Assembly: GCA_050012475.1 (NCBI GenBank)
Contig: JBEKHC010000058.1
Coordinates: 1 to 41,714, forward strand
DNA: 41,714 bases
Direction: 5' to 3'
From: Candidatus Velthaea sp.
GTDB taxonomy: Bacteria > Vulcanimicrobiota > Vulcanimicrobiia > Vulcanimicrobiales > Vulcanimicrobiaceae
Shown here: positions 16,525 to 26,311 of the stretch, piece by piece
Layout of the letters: the number at the start of each line of letters is the position of its first letter
Position numbering within the stretch: the stretch's first letter is position 1
Program-made: the position numbers and the translations under genes
The notes under the pieces: model-generated
What the model was told of the DNA's origin: nothing
The model's input: the letters and a program-made list of their open reading frames with translations, nothing else
The model's database searches: none

Positions 16525-18885
16525 TTGGCGCACTGCGGCATCCCCGCGGAATACGAACACTTGAACGACAACGCTGAACACGACCCGCGTTTGCACGCGA
16601 TACCCGACACGCACGGGCACGCCAAGGGCGAGCACAAGGCCTTTACCGACGAGCGGCCGATCCCGCTCTCGGCGCGCATGCTCTTCCTCTGGTTCTACCA
16701 CGCCTGCCGGCGCGGGTCGCCGCGTTTCTTGATGGTCAGCGACCACATGAACTATCTGACGTTCGAGGATCCGGCAGCCATTAATCTCGTGCGCCGGGCG
16801 CTCAAGCTGGCTCAAGCCGGGGATCTGTACGGAGCGGCCGAGACAGCAAGCGTCGAGGTTGGCCACGCGGCGGTCGTCTCTGAAGGTTTGCGCCGCGGCA
16901 TGCGCTATTCGATCGGCGCGGAGGTCGACAACGACCCTCGCTCGCGGCCCGACGCGCAAAACATCGTCGACGCGATGAAGCCCGACGGAATGATCCGGTC
17001 GGTCCACTTCCTGACGATCGACCATCCCGCGCACGGACCGAACTGGAACTGGCCGTTCGACAATCCCGAATTTGCCGAAGTCTACGAAATCGTCGGCACG
17101 GCAAAGCTTTGGGAGCTCTACATGGCAACGCTGCTGGACGCCATCGAACGGCTGCCGGGCAACATCGTCGGCCACTTCTATGTGCCGGCGCTCTTCGGTC
17201 ATTGGCCCGACGACGCGGCGCTCGACGAGTACGAAAACCAGCTCGTCGACGCCTGCGAAGCACGCGGCATGGCGATCGAATTCAATACGCGGTTCCTCTA
17301 CCGCGAACACTCCGACGAAGAAAAGGCGAAGTACCTCGCGGCGCATCGCCGGCTGCTCGCGAAGTGCAAGGCGAAAAACGTGGGGATCGCGGTCGGATCC
17401 GATGCGCACAGCCCCAAAGATCAGGGCGGCGCGTTTACGACGGTGCTGGCCCTGCTCGACGAATGCGAGATCAACGAATTGGTGTTTCCGCTGGCTGGCC
17501 GGTTGGCGCGCGTCGCGCTGCGCGTCGAACGCAAGCCGGAACCGGTGCCGGAACCGGCTCCCGCGGCGTCAGATGAACGGAAGTCGGCGCGCCGGGCGCG
17601 GCCGGTCGAACCTGCGGCACTCGAGGAAGCCTCGTCCGCTTCGACTCCGGCCGCCGAACCGCCAAAGGCCAAGCCGGCGCGTCCCAAGCGCAAGCCGAAA
17701 GCCTCCGACAGCGTCGAGGCCGTTGCGGTCGCGCAGGAAATCGCGCACGTATCCGCCGCCGGCCACGAAGGCACCGAGATCGAGCACGCCGATGTCGAAC
17801 CGGTCGCGCCAGAGCCGGTACCAGCGTACGCCGAGGCGGGTTTCGAATCGGCAGCCCAGCCCACGGCAAGCGAAGTTCGGCCCGCGCAGCAGGCCGAAAC
17901 CGAACCCGAGGAAACGGCCGAAGACAGGACCGAGCCGGCCGCCGCGGAGGCTGCCGGAGAAGCAAATTCCGAAGCGGCGGTCGCTGACCACGAAGCCGCT
18001 GAAATCGAGCCGGACGCCGCTTCCGCCGCCGCCGAAGCCGAGCCGGCAGTCGTGGCCGAGGCTGAGCCGGCAGTCGGGTTCGAGCCCGTAATCGTTGCCG
18101 AGACCGAGCCCGCAGTCGTCGCCGAGACCGAGCCCCTAATCGTCGCCGAGACCGAGCCCGCAGTCGTCGCCGAGACCGAGATCGAGCCCGCGATCGTCGC
18201 CGAAGCGGAGGCGGCGGCGGTCGCCGAGGACGAGGTAATCGAAGCCGATTTCGAGTCCGTCGCTGGCGCCGAAGCGGAGCCCGAACCGGCGGCGGCCGCC
18301 GCAATCGAGCCTGGCGGCAACGTTGTAGTCGTCGAAACCGCGGACGCTTTCGTAAGCGCGCCGATCGAGGATATCGTCGGCGAAGCGGAATTCGAGCCGA
18401 TCGTTAACGGGGCGGCGGAATCGGCCGAGAACGAGGCGGCCGAATCCGCCGAGGGCGCCGGCGAAACGCTTGAATTTCCGCCGCTCGAAAGCGAAGAAAA
18501 CGTCGTTATCGTTGTCGCCGAACCGAGCGTTGTCGAGGTGGTCGAAGCTCCGGTCGTGCGGCGGCCGCGAAGCAAAGCTCCGGCTACGAAAGCGAAGGCC
18601 TCGGTCGCCAAGAAGCCCGCCGCCAAGCCCAAACCGGCCGCAAAGAAGGCCGCCAAACCCACGGTTAAGGCAGCAGCGAAGAAGGCTGCGGCCAAGAAAA
18701 CCGCGAGCAAAAAGGCCGGCGCGCAAAAATCGGCCGCGAAGAAAGCGGCGGCCAAAAAAGCCGCGCCCAAAAAAGCCGCTCCGAAGAAAACCGCGGTTCG
18801 TGCGACCGCTGCAAAGAAAGCGGCTCCCAAGAAACCAGCGGCAAAAAAGACGACGCCGAAAAAAGCCGCGCAGCGGCGGCGCTGA
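16525..18885 (+). CDS. PHP-family (HisJ-like) phosphoesterase with long acidic linker and histone-H1-like Lys/Ala tail; start uncertain (TTG 16450 or 16525)
   Basis: DTHGH, SDH, GAEVD, SVH, VGH, IEFNT, GSDAH metal motifs; E/A/P-rich middle; KKAAAKK/PKK repeats at the C-terminus. Confidence 0.85.
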   Translation: MAHCGIPAEYEHLNDNAEHDPRLHAIPDTHGHAKGEHKAFTDERPIPLSARMLFLWFYHACRRGSPRFLMVSDHMNYLTFEDPAAINLVRRALKLAQAGDLYGAAETASVEVGHAAVVSEGLRRGMRYSIGAEVDNDPRSRPDAQNIVDAMKPDGMIRSVHFLTIDHPAHGPNWNWPFDNPEFAEVYEIVGTAKLWELYMATLLDAIERLPGNIVGHFYVPALFGHWPDDAALDEYENQLVDACEARGMAIEFNTRFLYREHSDEEKAKYLAAHRRLLAKCKAKNVGIAVGSDAHSPKDQGGAFTTVLALLDECEINELVFPLAGRLARVALRVERKPEPVPEPAPAASDERKSARRARPVEPAALEEASSASTPAAEPPKAKPARPKRKPKASDSVEAVAVAQEIAHVSAAGHEGTEIEHADVEPVAPEPVPAYAEAGFESAAQPTASEVRPAQQAETEPEETAEDRTEPAAAEAAGEANSEAAVADHEAAEIEPDAASAAAEAEPAVVAEAEPAVGFEPVIVAETEPAVVAETEPLIVAETEPAVVAETEIEPAIVAEAEAAAVAEDEVIEADFESVAGAEAEPEPAAAAAIEPGGNVVVVETADAFVSAPIEDIVGEAEFEPIVNGAAESAENEAAESAEGAGETLEFPPLESEENVVIVVAEPSVVEVVEAPVVRRPRSKAPATKAKASVAKKPAAKPKPAAKKAAKPTVKAAAKKAAAKKTASKKAGAQKSAAKKAAAKKAAPKKAAPKKTAVRATAAKKAAPKKPAAKKTTPKKAAQRRR
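18031..18230 (+). repeat. Coding 24-bp tandem repeat (AE[T/A]EPA[V/I]V)
   Basis: GCCGAGACCGAGCCCGCAGTCGTC-type units at 18097, 18121, 18145, 18169 with degenerate copies on both sides. Confidence 0.85.
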
Positions 18886-18889
18886 GCGG

Positions 18890-20530
18890 ATGAAGCGACG
18901 GCGCCTCGGCGCGCTCGTGTGTGCGCTCCTCTTTGCTGCGTGCTCGAAAGTCGACCCGTCGTCGGCTCCGCCCGCGGGCGGAGAACACGCCTGGACACAC
19001 CCCGGCGAACTTCGCATTGCGATTCAAAGCGAACCGATGACACTCAATCCGGTGCTGTCCTCGAACACGACCGAAGGACTCCTCAATCGGCTGTCGTTCG
19101 ACACCCTCGTCTCGGTCGAGGCCGACGGGAAGACGCTCGTCCCGATTTTAGCCAAAACGGTCCCGAGCGTTGCGAACGGCGGAATCTCGAGCGACGGGCT
19201 CACGATCACGTACCGGCTGCGCTCCGGCGTCAAGTGGCAAGACGGCGTGCCCTTCACGAGCAAAGACGTGAAATTTACCTGGCAAGCAATGTTGAACAAT
19301 AACAACAACGTCACCGCGCGGGTTGGTTACGAGGACGTTCGCCGCGTCGACACGCCCGATGCGACGACGGTCGTTTTCCATCTCAAGCAGAAGTTCGCGC
19401 CGTTCGTCAACACCGTCTTTGCCGAAAGTGACGATCCGATCTGCATCGTGCCCGAGCACATCCTCGGAAAATACAAAGACGTTAATCGGGTTCCGTTCAA
19501 CCAAATGCCGATCGGTACGGGACCGTTCAAAGTGGTGCGCTGGGTGCGCGGCGACCACATCGAATTGGCCGCCAATCCGGAGTACTTTCTCGGGCCGCCG
19601 AAACTCAAGACGATCGTCGTGCGCGAAGTTCCCGACGAGAACACGTCCATCAACCAGTTGCGGACGCACGACATCGATTGGCTCTTCGAGCCATCGCCCA
19701 ATCTCTACAATGTCCTCAAGACGGTCCCGGAAACGACGATCCGTCTCGTCGAGCAGCCGGGGACACTGCGCCTGCTCATGAATCTCACCCGGCCGGTCCT
19801 CGAAGATATCCGGGTCCGCCGCGCGATCGCCTACGCGGTCGATAAAGAATCGCTGGTCGACCGGCTGACAGGCGGCTCGGCCCGCGTCGCCGGCGCCGAT
19901 CAACCGCCGTTCTCATGGGCGTACCGGGCGAATGTGACCACCTACGGCCCGAACGTCGCCAAGGCCCGCGCGCTGCTGACGCAAGCCGGATTCACGCCAG
20001 GTCCGAACGGAATCTTCCAGAAGAACGGCCAGCCGCTGACGCTCGAGCTCTCGACCAACACCGCCAACGTCACCCGGCGGTTGGTTCAAACGCAGGTTCA
20101 GGCGATGCTGCACGCCGCCGGCATCGACGCGCCGATCAAGAACTACCCGGGCAATCTCTTCTTCGCCACGTACGGTCAAGGCGGCGTGCTGTCAACTGGG
20201 AAGTACGATCTGGCGATCTACGGTTGGATTGCCGGCATCGATCCCGACGATCATGCCTTGTACGGCTGCAACCAGTTCCCGCCGCACGGCACGAACTACA
20301 GCCGGTATTGCTCGGCAGCGATGGATTCAGCCCAGCGGGCCGCGCTTGCCAGCTACGAGCAGCCTCCACGCAAAAGCGCCTATTTCACCATTCAAGAGCT
20401 CATCGCCGCGGACGTGCCCGAAGTCATCGTCTGGTATGCCCGTACGCCGCAGGCGACGAATCCGGACTTCAAAGGCTTCGCGCCAAACCCGGTAAATGAA
20501 GCCTGGAACGCCTATCAGTGGGAGATCTAA
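18890..20530 (+). CDS. ABC transporter peptide-binding lipoprotein (family 5)
   Basis: Lipobox LFAAC; SSDGLTITYRLRSGVKWQDGVPFTSKDVKFT; PIGTGPFK; VRRAIAYAVD. Confidence 0.92.
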   Translation: MKRRRLGALVCALLFAACSKVDPSSAPPAGGEHAWTHPGELRIAIQSEPMTLNPVLSSNTTEGLLNRLSFDTLVSVEADGKTLVPILAKTVPSVANGGISSDGLTITYRLRSGVKWQDGVPFTSKDVKFTWQAMLNNNNNVTARVGYEDVRRVDTPDATTVVFHLKQKFAPFVNTVFAESDDPICIVPEHILGKYKDVNRVPFNQMPIGTGPFKVVRWVRGDHIELAANPEYFLGPPKLKTIVVREVPDENTSINQLRTHDIDWLFEPSPNLYNVLKTVPETTIRLVEQPGTLRLLMNLTRPVLEDIRVRRAIAYAVDKESLVDRLTGGSARVAGADQPPFSWAYRANVTTYGPNVAKARALLTQAGFTPGPNGIFQKNGQPLTLELSTNTANVTRRLVQTQVQAMLHAAGIDAPIKNYPGNLFFATYGQGGVLSTGKYDLAIYGWIAGIDPDDHALYGCNQFPPHGTNYSRYCSAAMDSAQRAALASYEQPPRKSAYFTIQELIAADVPEVIVWYARTPQATNPDFKGFAPNPVNEAWNAYQWEI

Positions 20531-20536
20531 CCGTTC

Positions 20537-21088
20537 ATGCGTGATGAGCCGCACTCGTCGATTGCGCGCATCCCCGAGCTGCGCTGGCTGCAACAGATCA
20601 TCATGGAGCGGGCGCTCACGCGCGGCGATTACCTGCTGTCCGGGGGCGCGCGCAGCGACTACTACATCGATAAGTTCCGGCTCTTTTCCGACCCCCAGAT
20701 CTTGCGCCGCATCGCGCGGCTCTTCGCGCCCATCGTTTCGGACCTGAATCCGGATTTGATCGGCGGCACGGAGCTGGGCGGCGTCATTCTGGCGACGGCC
20801 GTCTCGCAGATGACGAACATTCCGATGATCATCGTGCGCAAAGCCCCCAAAGAGTACGGCGCGTTCGCGGACGAGTACGTCGAAGGCGGTCCGTTTGCCC
20901 CCGATCAGAAAGTGCTGTTGCTCGAAGACGTGGTGACCAGCGGCCGCGAAGTCCTCGCCGCGAAGGCGCGGCTGGAGGAGCTGAACCTCAAAGTCACCGT
21001 TTTTGCGGTCATCAGCCGAGGCCTCGCTCCGGTCAACTCGCTGATCTCGTTCTCGCTGCCGCGCAGCGGACCGAAGACCGACAACTAA
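20537..21088 (+). CDS. pyrE: Orotate phosphoribosyltransferase-like protein
   Basis: LSGGARSDYYIDK, VRKAPKEYG, VLLLEDVVTSG PRPP-binding motif. Confidence 0.8.
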   Translation: MRDEPHSSIARIPELRWLQQIIMERALTRGDYLLSGGARSDYYIDKFRLFSDPQILRRIARLFAPIVSDLNPDLIGGTELGGVILATAVSQMTNIPMIIVRKAPKEYGAFADEYVEGGPFAPDQKVLLLEDVVTSGREVLAAKARLEELNLKVTVFAVISRGLAPVNSLISFSLPRSGPKTDN

Positions 21089-21104
21089 GCGGCCCTGCGA
21101 AGAG

Positions 21105-21929
21105 TCAGCCGCGAACGGTCGTCGTCTGCCCGCACAAGTCGGGCGAATGCAACGGCGAGGCGGGAACGATCTCGTACACCGCATGGTCATCGGCAACCGC
21201 GACGTCGCCGGTAAAATATTCGCGCGCGCTTTCATCGAGGTCGCGAGCCGTCGCCAATTCGGCGTAGTGGGTGAGGATGAGCCGGCCGACTCCGGCCGCC
21301 TGCGCCATCTGGCCGGCTTCGCGGCCGGAACTGTGCCCGCGCATCCCCCGCTCGATATCGTCGGCCAACAGCGTCGATTCGCAGACGAACAGATCGCTGC
21401 CGCGAGCGAGTTCGACGAGCCGAGCTTCCGGCGCCGAATCGGCCGAATACGTCAGGCTTTGTCCTTGCCGGTCGTAGCGAATCGCGAACGCCGGGATGTA
21501 GTGCGAAGTCAACGCGAAGGTCAGCCGTCCGCCGCCGATCTCCAGCGTCGCGGCCGGGTCGTAGGAATGCACGTCAAACACCTCGGTAATGAAATCGCCG
21601 CCGCCTTCGTCGGCGAACGCGCTCACGAGCTGATGAAGCATCCGCTCGCCGTCCGGGGGCAGATACAGCGGCAATTTGCGTTTGCGACGGAACACGCCGT
21701 AGCACAAGGCGTAGCGCAGCGGGATGAGATCGATGAAATGATCGGCGTGCATGTGGGTGATGACGATCGCGTCGAGCCGGTTGTAGTCAACGTGCCGGCG
21801 CAAATTCGCAAAAGCGCCCGTACCGAGGTCCAGCACAAGCGAGGTTTCATCGTCCTGCACGAGATACGAACTGCACGCCCGGTCGGGTCGCGGAATCGAG
21901 GAACTCGAACCCACGACCGTCAGTCGCAA
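21105..21929 (-). CDS. MBL-fold metallo-hydrolase (RNase Z-like)
   Basis: LDLGTG, THMHADH, YSADS, GHSS, LILTH; TTG start at 21929 (RLTVVGSSSSIP). Confidence 0.88.
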   Translation of the reverse strand: MRLTVVGSSSSIPRPDRACSSYLVQDDETSLVLDLGTGAFANLRRHVDYNRLDAIVITHMHADHFIDLIPLRYALCYGVFRRKRKLPLYLPPDGERMLHQLVSAFADEGGGDFITEVFDVHSYDPAATLEIGGGRLTFALTSHYIPAFAIRYDRQGQSLTYSADSAPEARLVELARGSDLFVCESTLLADDIERGMRGHSSGREAGQMAQAAGVGRLILTHYAELATARDLDESAREYFTGDVAVADDHAVYEIVPASPLHSPDLCGQTTTVRG

Positions 21930-21937
21930 TCCCGCGT

Positions 21938-22384
21938 CTATAGCGATTGGAGCACCTCTTGAGCGTGCCCCTCGACCGACACCTTGGGCCACACGCGCGC
22001 GATCTTCCCCGACTGGTCGACCAAAAACGTCGAACGCTGGATCCCCAAGCTCTTCTTGCCGTACATGTTCTTTTCGACGATGACGCCGAAAGCGTCGCAA
22101 ACTTTCGAGTCGGTGTCGGCCAGCAATGCAAACGGCAGCCCATATTTGGCCTTGAATTTGGCCTGAGCCGCCACCGAGTCGCGGCTCACCCCGACCACGG
22201 CCACCCCGCGCGCCTTGAAGTCGTCGTAGATGTCGCGGAACTGCATCGACTCGTTCGTGCATCCCGGCGTGTCCGCTTTGGGGTAAAAATAGATGACCGC
22301 CCGGCCCAGGGCCGCGAGCGCAACCGTGTTTCCGGCATCGTCCGGCACCGCGAGGTCGGGGACCGTTGCTCCGGTTTCCAACAT
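21938..22384 (-). CDS. bcp: Peroxiredoxin Bcp/PrxQ
   Basis: YFYPKADTPGCT, GVSRDS, RSTFLVD, WPKVSVEGHA. Confidence 0.92.
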   Translation of the reverse strand: MLETGATVPDLAVPDDAGNTVALAALGRAVIYFYPKADTPGCTNESMQFRDIYDDFKARGVAVVGVSRDSVAAQAKFKAKYGLPFALLADTDSKVCDAFGVIVEKNMYGKKSLGIQRSTFLVDQSGKIARVWPKVSVEGHAQEVLQSL

Positions 22385-22503
22385 TCGAGCAGCTCCCTCC
22401 AGCATGCAACTCTCTGCACGTAACGTTAAGTATCGCCCGCGTGGATGACCGCAAACACTCCTACGGCCAATGTGTGACGCACGCAGACGAAAGGAACCTG
22501 CTC

Positions 22504-23079
22504 ATGAACGCCGCTTCTCCGCAAATGCCGCATCCGCTTGCGGCAGACCTCGCGTTGGTTTATCGCGAGCAGCACTTGATCGGACCGATCGTCGAGATCG
22601 CTGCGGGTTCGGGGCGCAATACCCGTTATTTAAGAGAGTCGGACATCCCGGTCGTTTCGACGCGCGATGACGAAAGCTATACGCAACTGCCGGGGGGCCG
22701 CCGTTCCTATGCCGCCGCACTATCGACGCACGGCTACCTGCACGGGACGATCGCCAAGCTGCGTCTGGGCTTCGCGGAGCTGCGGCGCGTCCTGCGCCCG
22801 CGAGCCCCGATATTCATTACCCTCGGCTCGATTCACGATGCGCGTTTCGGCCTCGGCACTGCCTACGACGAGACCACCTTTGCGCCCGGCGACGGCGATG
22901 AGGCCGGCGTTCCCCACCCCTACTTCGATCGCTCCGGCGCGATCGAGGTGCTCGCTCCCGCTTTCACGGTCGAGTCGTTAGACGAAGTTGAGGTCGATGC
23001 GATCGTCGGTCGCTGGGCGCACGACATGCCCACGGGACTGTGTCATTGGTTCGTGATCGCGCGCCGTAGTGCCGATTGA
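22504..23079 (+). CDS. Class I SAM-dependent methyltransferase-like protein
   Basis: IVEIAAGSGRN motif I; ELRRVLRP. Confidence 0.65.
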   Translation: MNAASPQMPHPLAADLALVYREQHLIGPIVEIAAGSGRNTRYLRESDIPVVSTRDDESYTQLPGGRRSYAAALSTHGYLHGTIAKLRLGFAELRRVLRPRAPIFITLGSIHDARFGLGTAYDETTFAPGDGDEAGVPHPYFDRSGAIEVLAPAFTVESLDEVEVDAIVGRWAHDMPTGLCHWFVIARRSAD

Positions 23080-23104
23080 GGAGCGCCTGCCCGGCAGTAG
23101 ACCA

Positions 23105-23422
23105 TTAGTAGCGTGCGGTCGCCGAATCGATCTGCGCCGCCCACGCATCGATCCCTCCGGCGAGGTTGACGGCGTTCGGAAAGCCGTTCGCATTCAAGAA
23201 ATTCGTGACGTTCGCGCTGCGAACGCCGTGATGACACATCACGACGATGGGGCGCGTTCGCGGCAGCTCGTCTAAATGGAGCGGAATGTCGCTCATGCGA
23301 ATGGCGGTTGCTCCAGCGATCGATGCGATCGCGACTTCGGCGGGCTCGCGAACGTCGAGCAGCATCTCGTCGTCGCCGGCATCGCGCCGCCGTTTCAACT
23401 CCGTTACCGAAATCTCGGTCAC
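23105..23422 (-). CDS. Rhodanese-domain sulfurtransferase
   Basis: [30 protein letters not shown] overlap with the thiG stop. Confidence 0.9.
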   Translation of the reverse strand: MTEISVTELKRRRDAGDDEMLLDVREPAEVAIASIAGATAIRMSDIPLHLDELPRTRPIVVMCHHGVRSANVTNFLNANGFPNAVNLAGGIDAWAAQIDSATARY

Positions 23423-24213
23423 GAACTGCTTTCTTGGCGCGTTGCGATCAAGCCCGAGGTTGGGCTCGACGCGTTGGCGTAGCGCTTCTTCTCCATCCGT
23501 CCGGCCAAAAATGCCAGGCGTCCGGCTTGCGTGGCGAAGTTCATCGCGCGGGCCATCGCGACGGGATCGCGCGCCGCGGCGATGCCCGTGTTCATCAGCA
23601 GCGCGTCGATGCCCAGTTCCATCGCCAGCGCAGCGTCGGAAGCCGTACCGACGCCGGCGTCGACGATGACGGGAATTTTCGCGCGTTCCTTGATGATGGC
23701 GATCGAATACGGATTGCACAGGCCCAGTCCGCTGCCGATCGGCGCCGCGAGCGGCATGACCGCCGCGCACCCGACCTCTTCGAGCTGCTTGCACGCAACC
23801 GGGTCGTCGACGATGTACGGCAGCACGGTAAAGCCGGCGCGCACGAGTTCTTGGGCCGCCGCGATTGTTTCGCGCGTATCGGGATAGAGCGTGTCCGCAT
23901 CGCCGATGACTTCGACTTTGATGAGATCGGTGTTCAACGCTTCGCGCGCCAATTTCGCGGTCAGCACCGCTTCTTTTGCGGTGTAGCAGCCGGCGGTATT
24001 CGGCAGCAGCGTGTACTTGCTGCGATCGAGATAATCGATCATCGTTTTGCCGCTCGGATCGTCGAGGTGAATCCGGCGAATGGCGATGGTCAAGACTTCG
24101 GCCCCGCTCGCCTCGTGCGCAGCCTGCATGACCGGGATGCTCGGATACTTTCCGGTGCCGACGAACAAACGCGAATCGAACGTGTACTTCCCAATGTGCA
24201 GCTGGTCGTTCAT
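23419..24213 (-). CDS. thiG: Thiazole synthase
   Basis: [52 protein letters not shown]. Confidence 0.97.
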   Translation of the reverse strand: MNDQLHIGKYTFDSRLFVGTGKYPSIPVMQAAHEASGAEVLTIAIRRIHLDDPSGKTMIDYLDRSKYTLLPNTAGCYTAKEAVLTAKLAREALNTDLIKVEVIGDADTLYPDTRETIAAAQELVRAGFTVLPYIVDDPVACKQLEEVGCAAVMPLAAPIGSGLGLCNPYSIAIIKERAKIPVIVDAGVGTASDAALAMELGIDALLMNTGIAAARDPVAMARAMNFATQAGRLAFLAGRMEKKRYANASSPTSGLIATRQESSS

Positions 24214-24263
24214 GGCTAACCTTTCGATGTCGGTCCTAGAGGAACGCACTTCGTGCATTCTGT

Positions 24264-24324
24264 CGCGTTTGGGCTTCGCCCAAGCCGCCCTAGCAGTTTG
24301 GCCGACAAGTCGGCCCACTGCTAG
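24264..24324. repeat. REP-like unit plus long hairpin between thiS and thiG
   Basis: CGCGTTTGGGC-TTC-GCCCAAGCCGC, then CTAGCAGT..GGCCGAC-AA-GTCGGCC.ACTGCTAG. Confidence 0.7.
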
Positions 24325-24358
24325 GGGACTGCGCTACGCGCAGCCCGTCGCGTTTCGG

Positions 24359-24562
24359 CTAACCGCCTGCGACGGCAGCGATGATTTCGATTGCGTCACC
24401 TTCGCCCAGCAGGGTCGCATCGATGGCGCCGCGCGCTACGACGTCGTCGTTGCGCGCCACGGCGATGCCGTCACGCCGGACACCCAAGCGTGCGATCAAA
24501 TCGCCCAGCGTCGTCCCGGCATCGATTTCGTGAGCCACGCCATTCACGCTGACGATCATCAT
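24359..24562 (-). CDS. thiS: Sulfur carrier protein ThiS
   Basis: 67 aa, VNG...IAVARN...EIIAAVAGG C-terminal diglycine; upstream of thiG. Confidence 0.95.
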   Translation of the reverse strand: MMIVSVNGVAHEIDAGTTLGDLIARLGVRRDGIAVARNDDVVARGAIDATLLGEGDAIEIIAAVAGG

Positions 24563-24621
24563 GCCGGGTTCTTCGCGGACGCCCGCCGCCTCTCCGTGCC
24601 GCGGCGGCCGCCCGTCTCCCG

Positions 24622-26280
24622 TTAGCAGTTCGTATAGACCGGCCCCTCGCCGCCTTGCGGCGGAACCCAGGTGATGATCTGGTACGGATCCATGATGTCA
24701 CACGTCTTGCAGTGGACGCAGTTCGAGAAATTAATGTCCAGCTTGCCCTCGACACCGCTCGCGGTTTGGGTGAACTGCGGCTCGTAAACTTTGGCCGGAC
24801 AGAAATACTGACACGGATTACCGAACTCGACCGTGCAGCGGTCGGCGCAGATCTTCGTGTCGGCGACGTGCAAATGCGCCGGCTGATCTTCGTCGTGCAT
24901 GGTGCCGCTGTTGAAGACGTCGGTCAGCTTGTCGAACGTCAACACGTTGTCGGGTTCGATGCGCTGGTCGAGCGCCTTGGGGGCGCGCTGGGTGATCTTG
25001 ACCATTTGCGCGTAGCCTTCATGGCCGGCGATCTTGTCGATCACGCCGAAACCGCGGCCGCCGGTGTACATGCTGATCGCGGCGTTGACCATGCCGCCGA
25101 AGAGCCCGTTCTTGAACCCGGCGTGAAAATTGCGCGCCGTGTGCATCTCGGTGTACGCCCACGATGCGCGGAAGCGCCGATCGTAGTCGGCCAGCGCGGC
25201 CGCGCTGACGTCGTCTTTGCCCAACGCGTCGAAGATCGCTTCGGCGGCCAGCATGCCCGTCTTGATCGCGAGATGGATGCCCTTGAGCCGCATGCCGTTC
25301 AGAAAGCCGGCGGTGTCGCCGATGAGGCACAGGCCGTCGGCATAGAGTTGCGGCACCGCGTGCAGGCCGCCCAGCGGCACGGCCTTCGCGCCGTAGCGCA
25401 CGAGTTTGCCGCCTTCGAGCAGCGGTCGAATGGCGGGATGCGCTTTCATGCGCTGGAAATTCATGTGCGGATCGGTCGTCGGATCGGCGTAGTCGAGACC
25501 GGTCACCAGGCCGATGTCGATGATGTCGCCGTTCATCCCGTAAATCCAGCCGCCGCCGTAGGTGTCGCTCGGCAGCGGTGCGCCCATCGTGTGGATGACG
25601 TCGCCCGGTTTGAAGCGGCCCGCCGGCACCTGCCACAACTCCTTGACGCCGACGGCGTACACTTGTGGGTCACGGTCGCGGTCGAGTTGCAGCTTTTTGA
25701 TCGCCGTCTTGGCCAGCGTGCCACGCGGGCCTTCGCCCAGCACGACGACTTTTGCCATGAGGTCGGGACCGGGTTCGAAGTTCGGCTTGGGGTTGCCGTT
25801 GTGATCGACGCCCTTGTCGCCGACACGCACGCCGATGACCCGGTCGCCGTCCCAGAGCAGTTCCTGACCGGGAAAGGCCGGGAACACATCGGCGCCGGCG
25901 GCCTCGGCCTTTTCGCCCATCCACTTGGCCAGCTTGTTCAGCGAGCCGATGTACTTGCCGTGATTGTTGAGCATCGGCGGCATGAAGGGCGCCGGTATCT
26001 TTCCGCCCGCGGTGAGATACCACAGCGAATCACCGCCCACGGGAGCGTCCAGTCCGCCCGTGATGTCTTCGCCCGGGAAGAGTTCGCGCAGCGCGATGGG
26101 ATCGACGACGGCGCCCGAAAATCCGTGGCTGCCGATATCGGCGCCCTTTTCGATCACCATCACCGAAACGTCGCGCCCGGCCGCGGCCGCGAGTTGGCGC
26201 AAACGAATCGCCCCCGCTAGGCTTGCCGGGCCACCGCCGACAAAAAGGACATCGACTTCAAGTGAATCGCGTTCTGCCAT
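24622..26280 (-). CDS. Electron transfer flavoprotein-quinone oxidoreductase
   Basis: VGGGPASL FAD motif, IGDTAGFLN..RLKGIHLA, CQYFCPAKVYE and NCVHCKTCDI 4Fe-4S ligands. Confidence 0.93.
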   Translation of the reverse strand: MAERDSLEVDVLFVGGGPASLAGAIRLRQLAAAAGRDVSVMVIEKGADIGSHGFSGAVVDPIALRELFPGEDITGGLDAPVGGDSLWYLTAGGKIPAPFMPPMLNNHGKYIGSLNKLAKWMGEKAEAAGADVFPAFPGQELLWDGDRVIGVRVGDKGVDHNGNPKPNFEPGPDLMAKVVVLGEGPRGTLAKTAIKKLQLDRDRDPQVYAVGVKELWQVPAGRFKPGDVIHTMGAPLPSDTYGGGWIYGMNGDIIDIGLVTGLDYADPTTDPHMNFQRMKAHPAIRPLLEGGKLVRYGAKAVPLGGLHAVPQLYADGLCLIGDTAGFLNGMRLKGIHLAIKTGMLAAEAIFDALGKDDVSAAALADYDRRFRASWAYTEMHTARNFHAGFKNGLFGGMVNAAISMYTGGRGFGVIDKIAGHEGYAQMVKITQRAPKALDQRIEPDNVLTFDKLTDVFNSGTMHDEDQPAHLHVADTKICADRCTVEFGNPCQYFCPAKVYEPQFTQTASGVEGKLDINFSNCVHCKTCDIMDPYQIITWVPPQGGEGPVYTNC

Positions 26281-26311
26281 GATGAGCGTGCACTTCGCTC
26301 CGAGCCAGCGA

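Noticed and set aside
18470..18889. Long N-terminal extensions in the ORF track (peptide-binding protein; also prpE, MBL hydrolase, rhodanese, modC, glcF, glcD)
   Set aside because: They overlap neighbouring genes or intergenic DNA; family similarity or signal peptides begin at the downstream starts used here
17421..19043. 540-aa minus-strand ORF and other long antisense ORFs (for example 24655-26220, 26745-28325)
   Set aside because: Shadow frames of high-GC genes whose opposite strand carries clear family motifs
24213..24622. TPP riboswitch for thiS-thiG
   Set aside because: No CUGAGA/ACCUG core in either gap on the coding strand; the hairpins there belong to the repeat family
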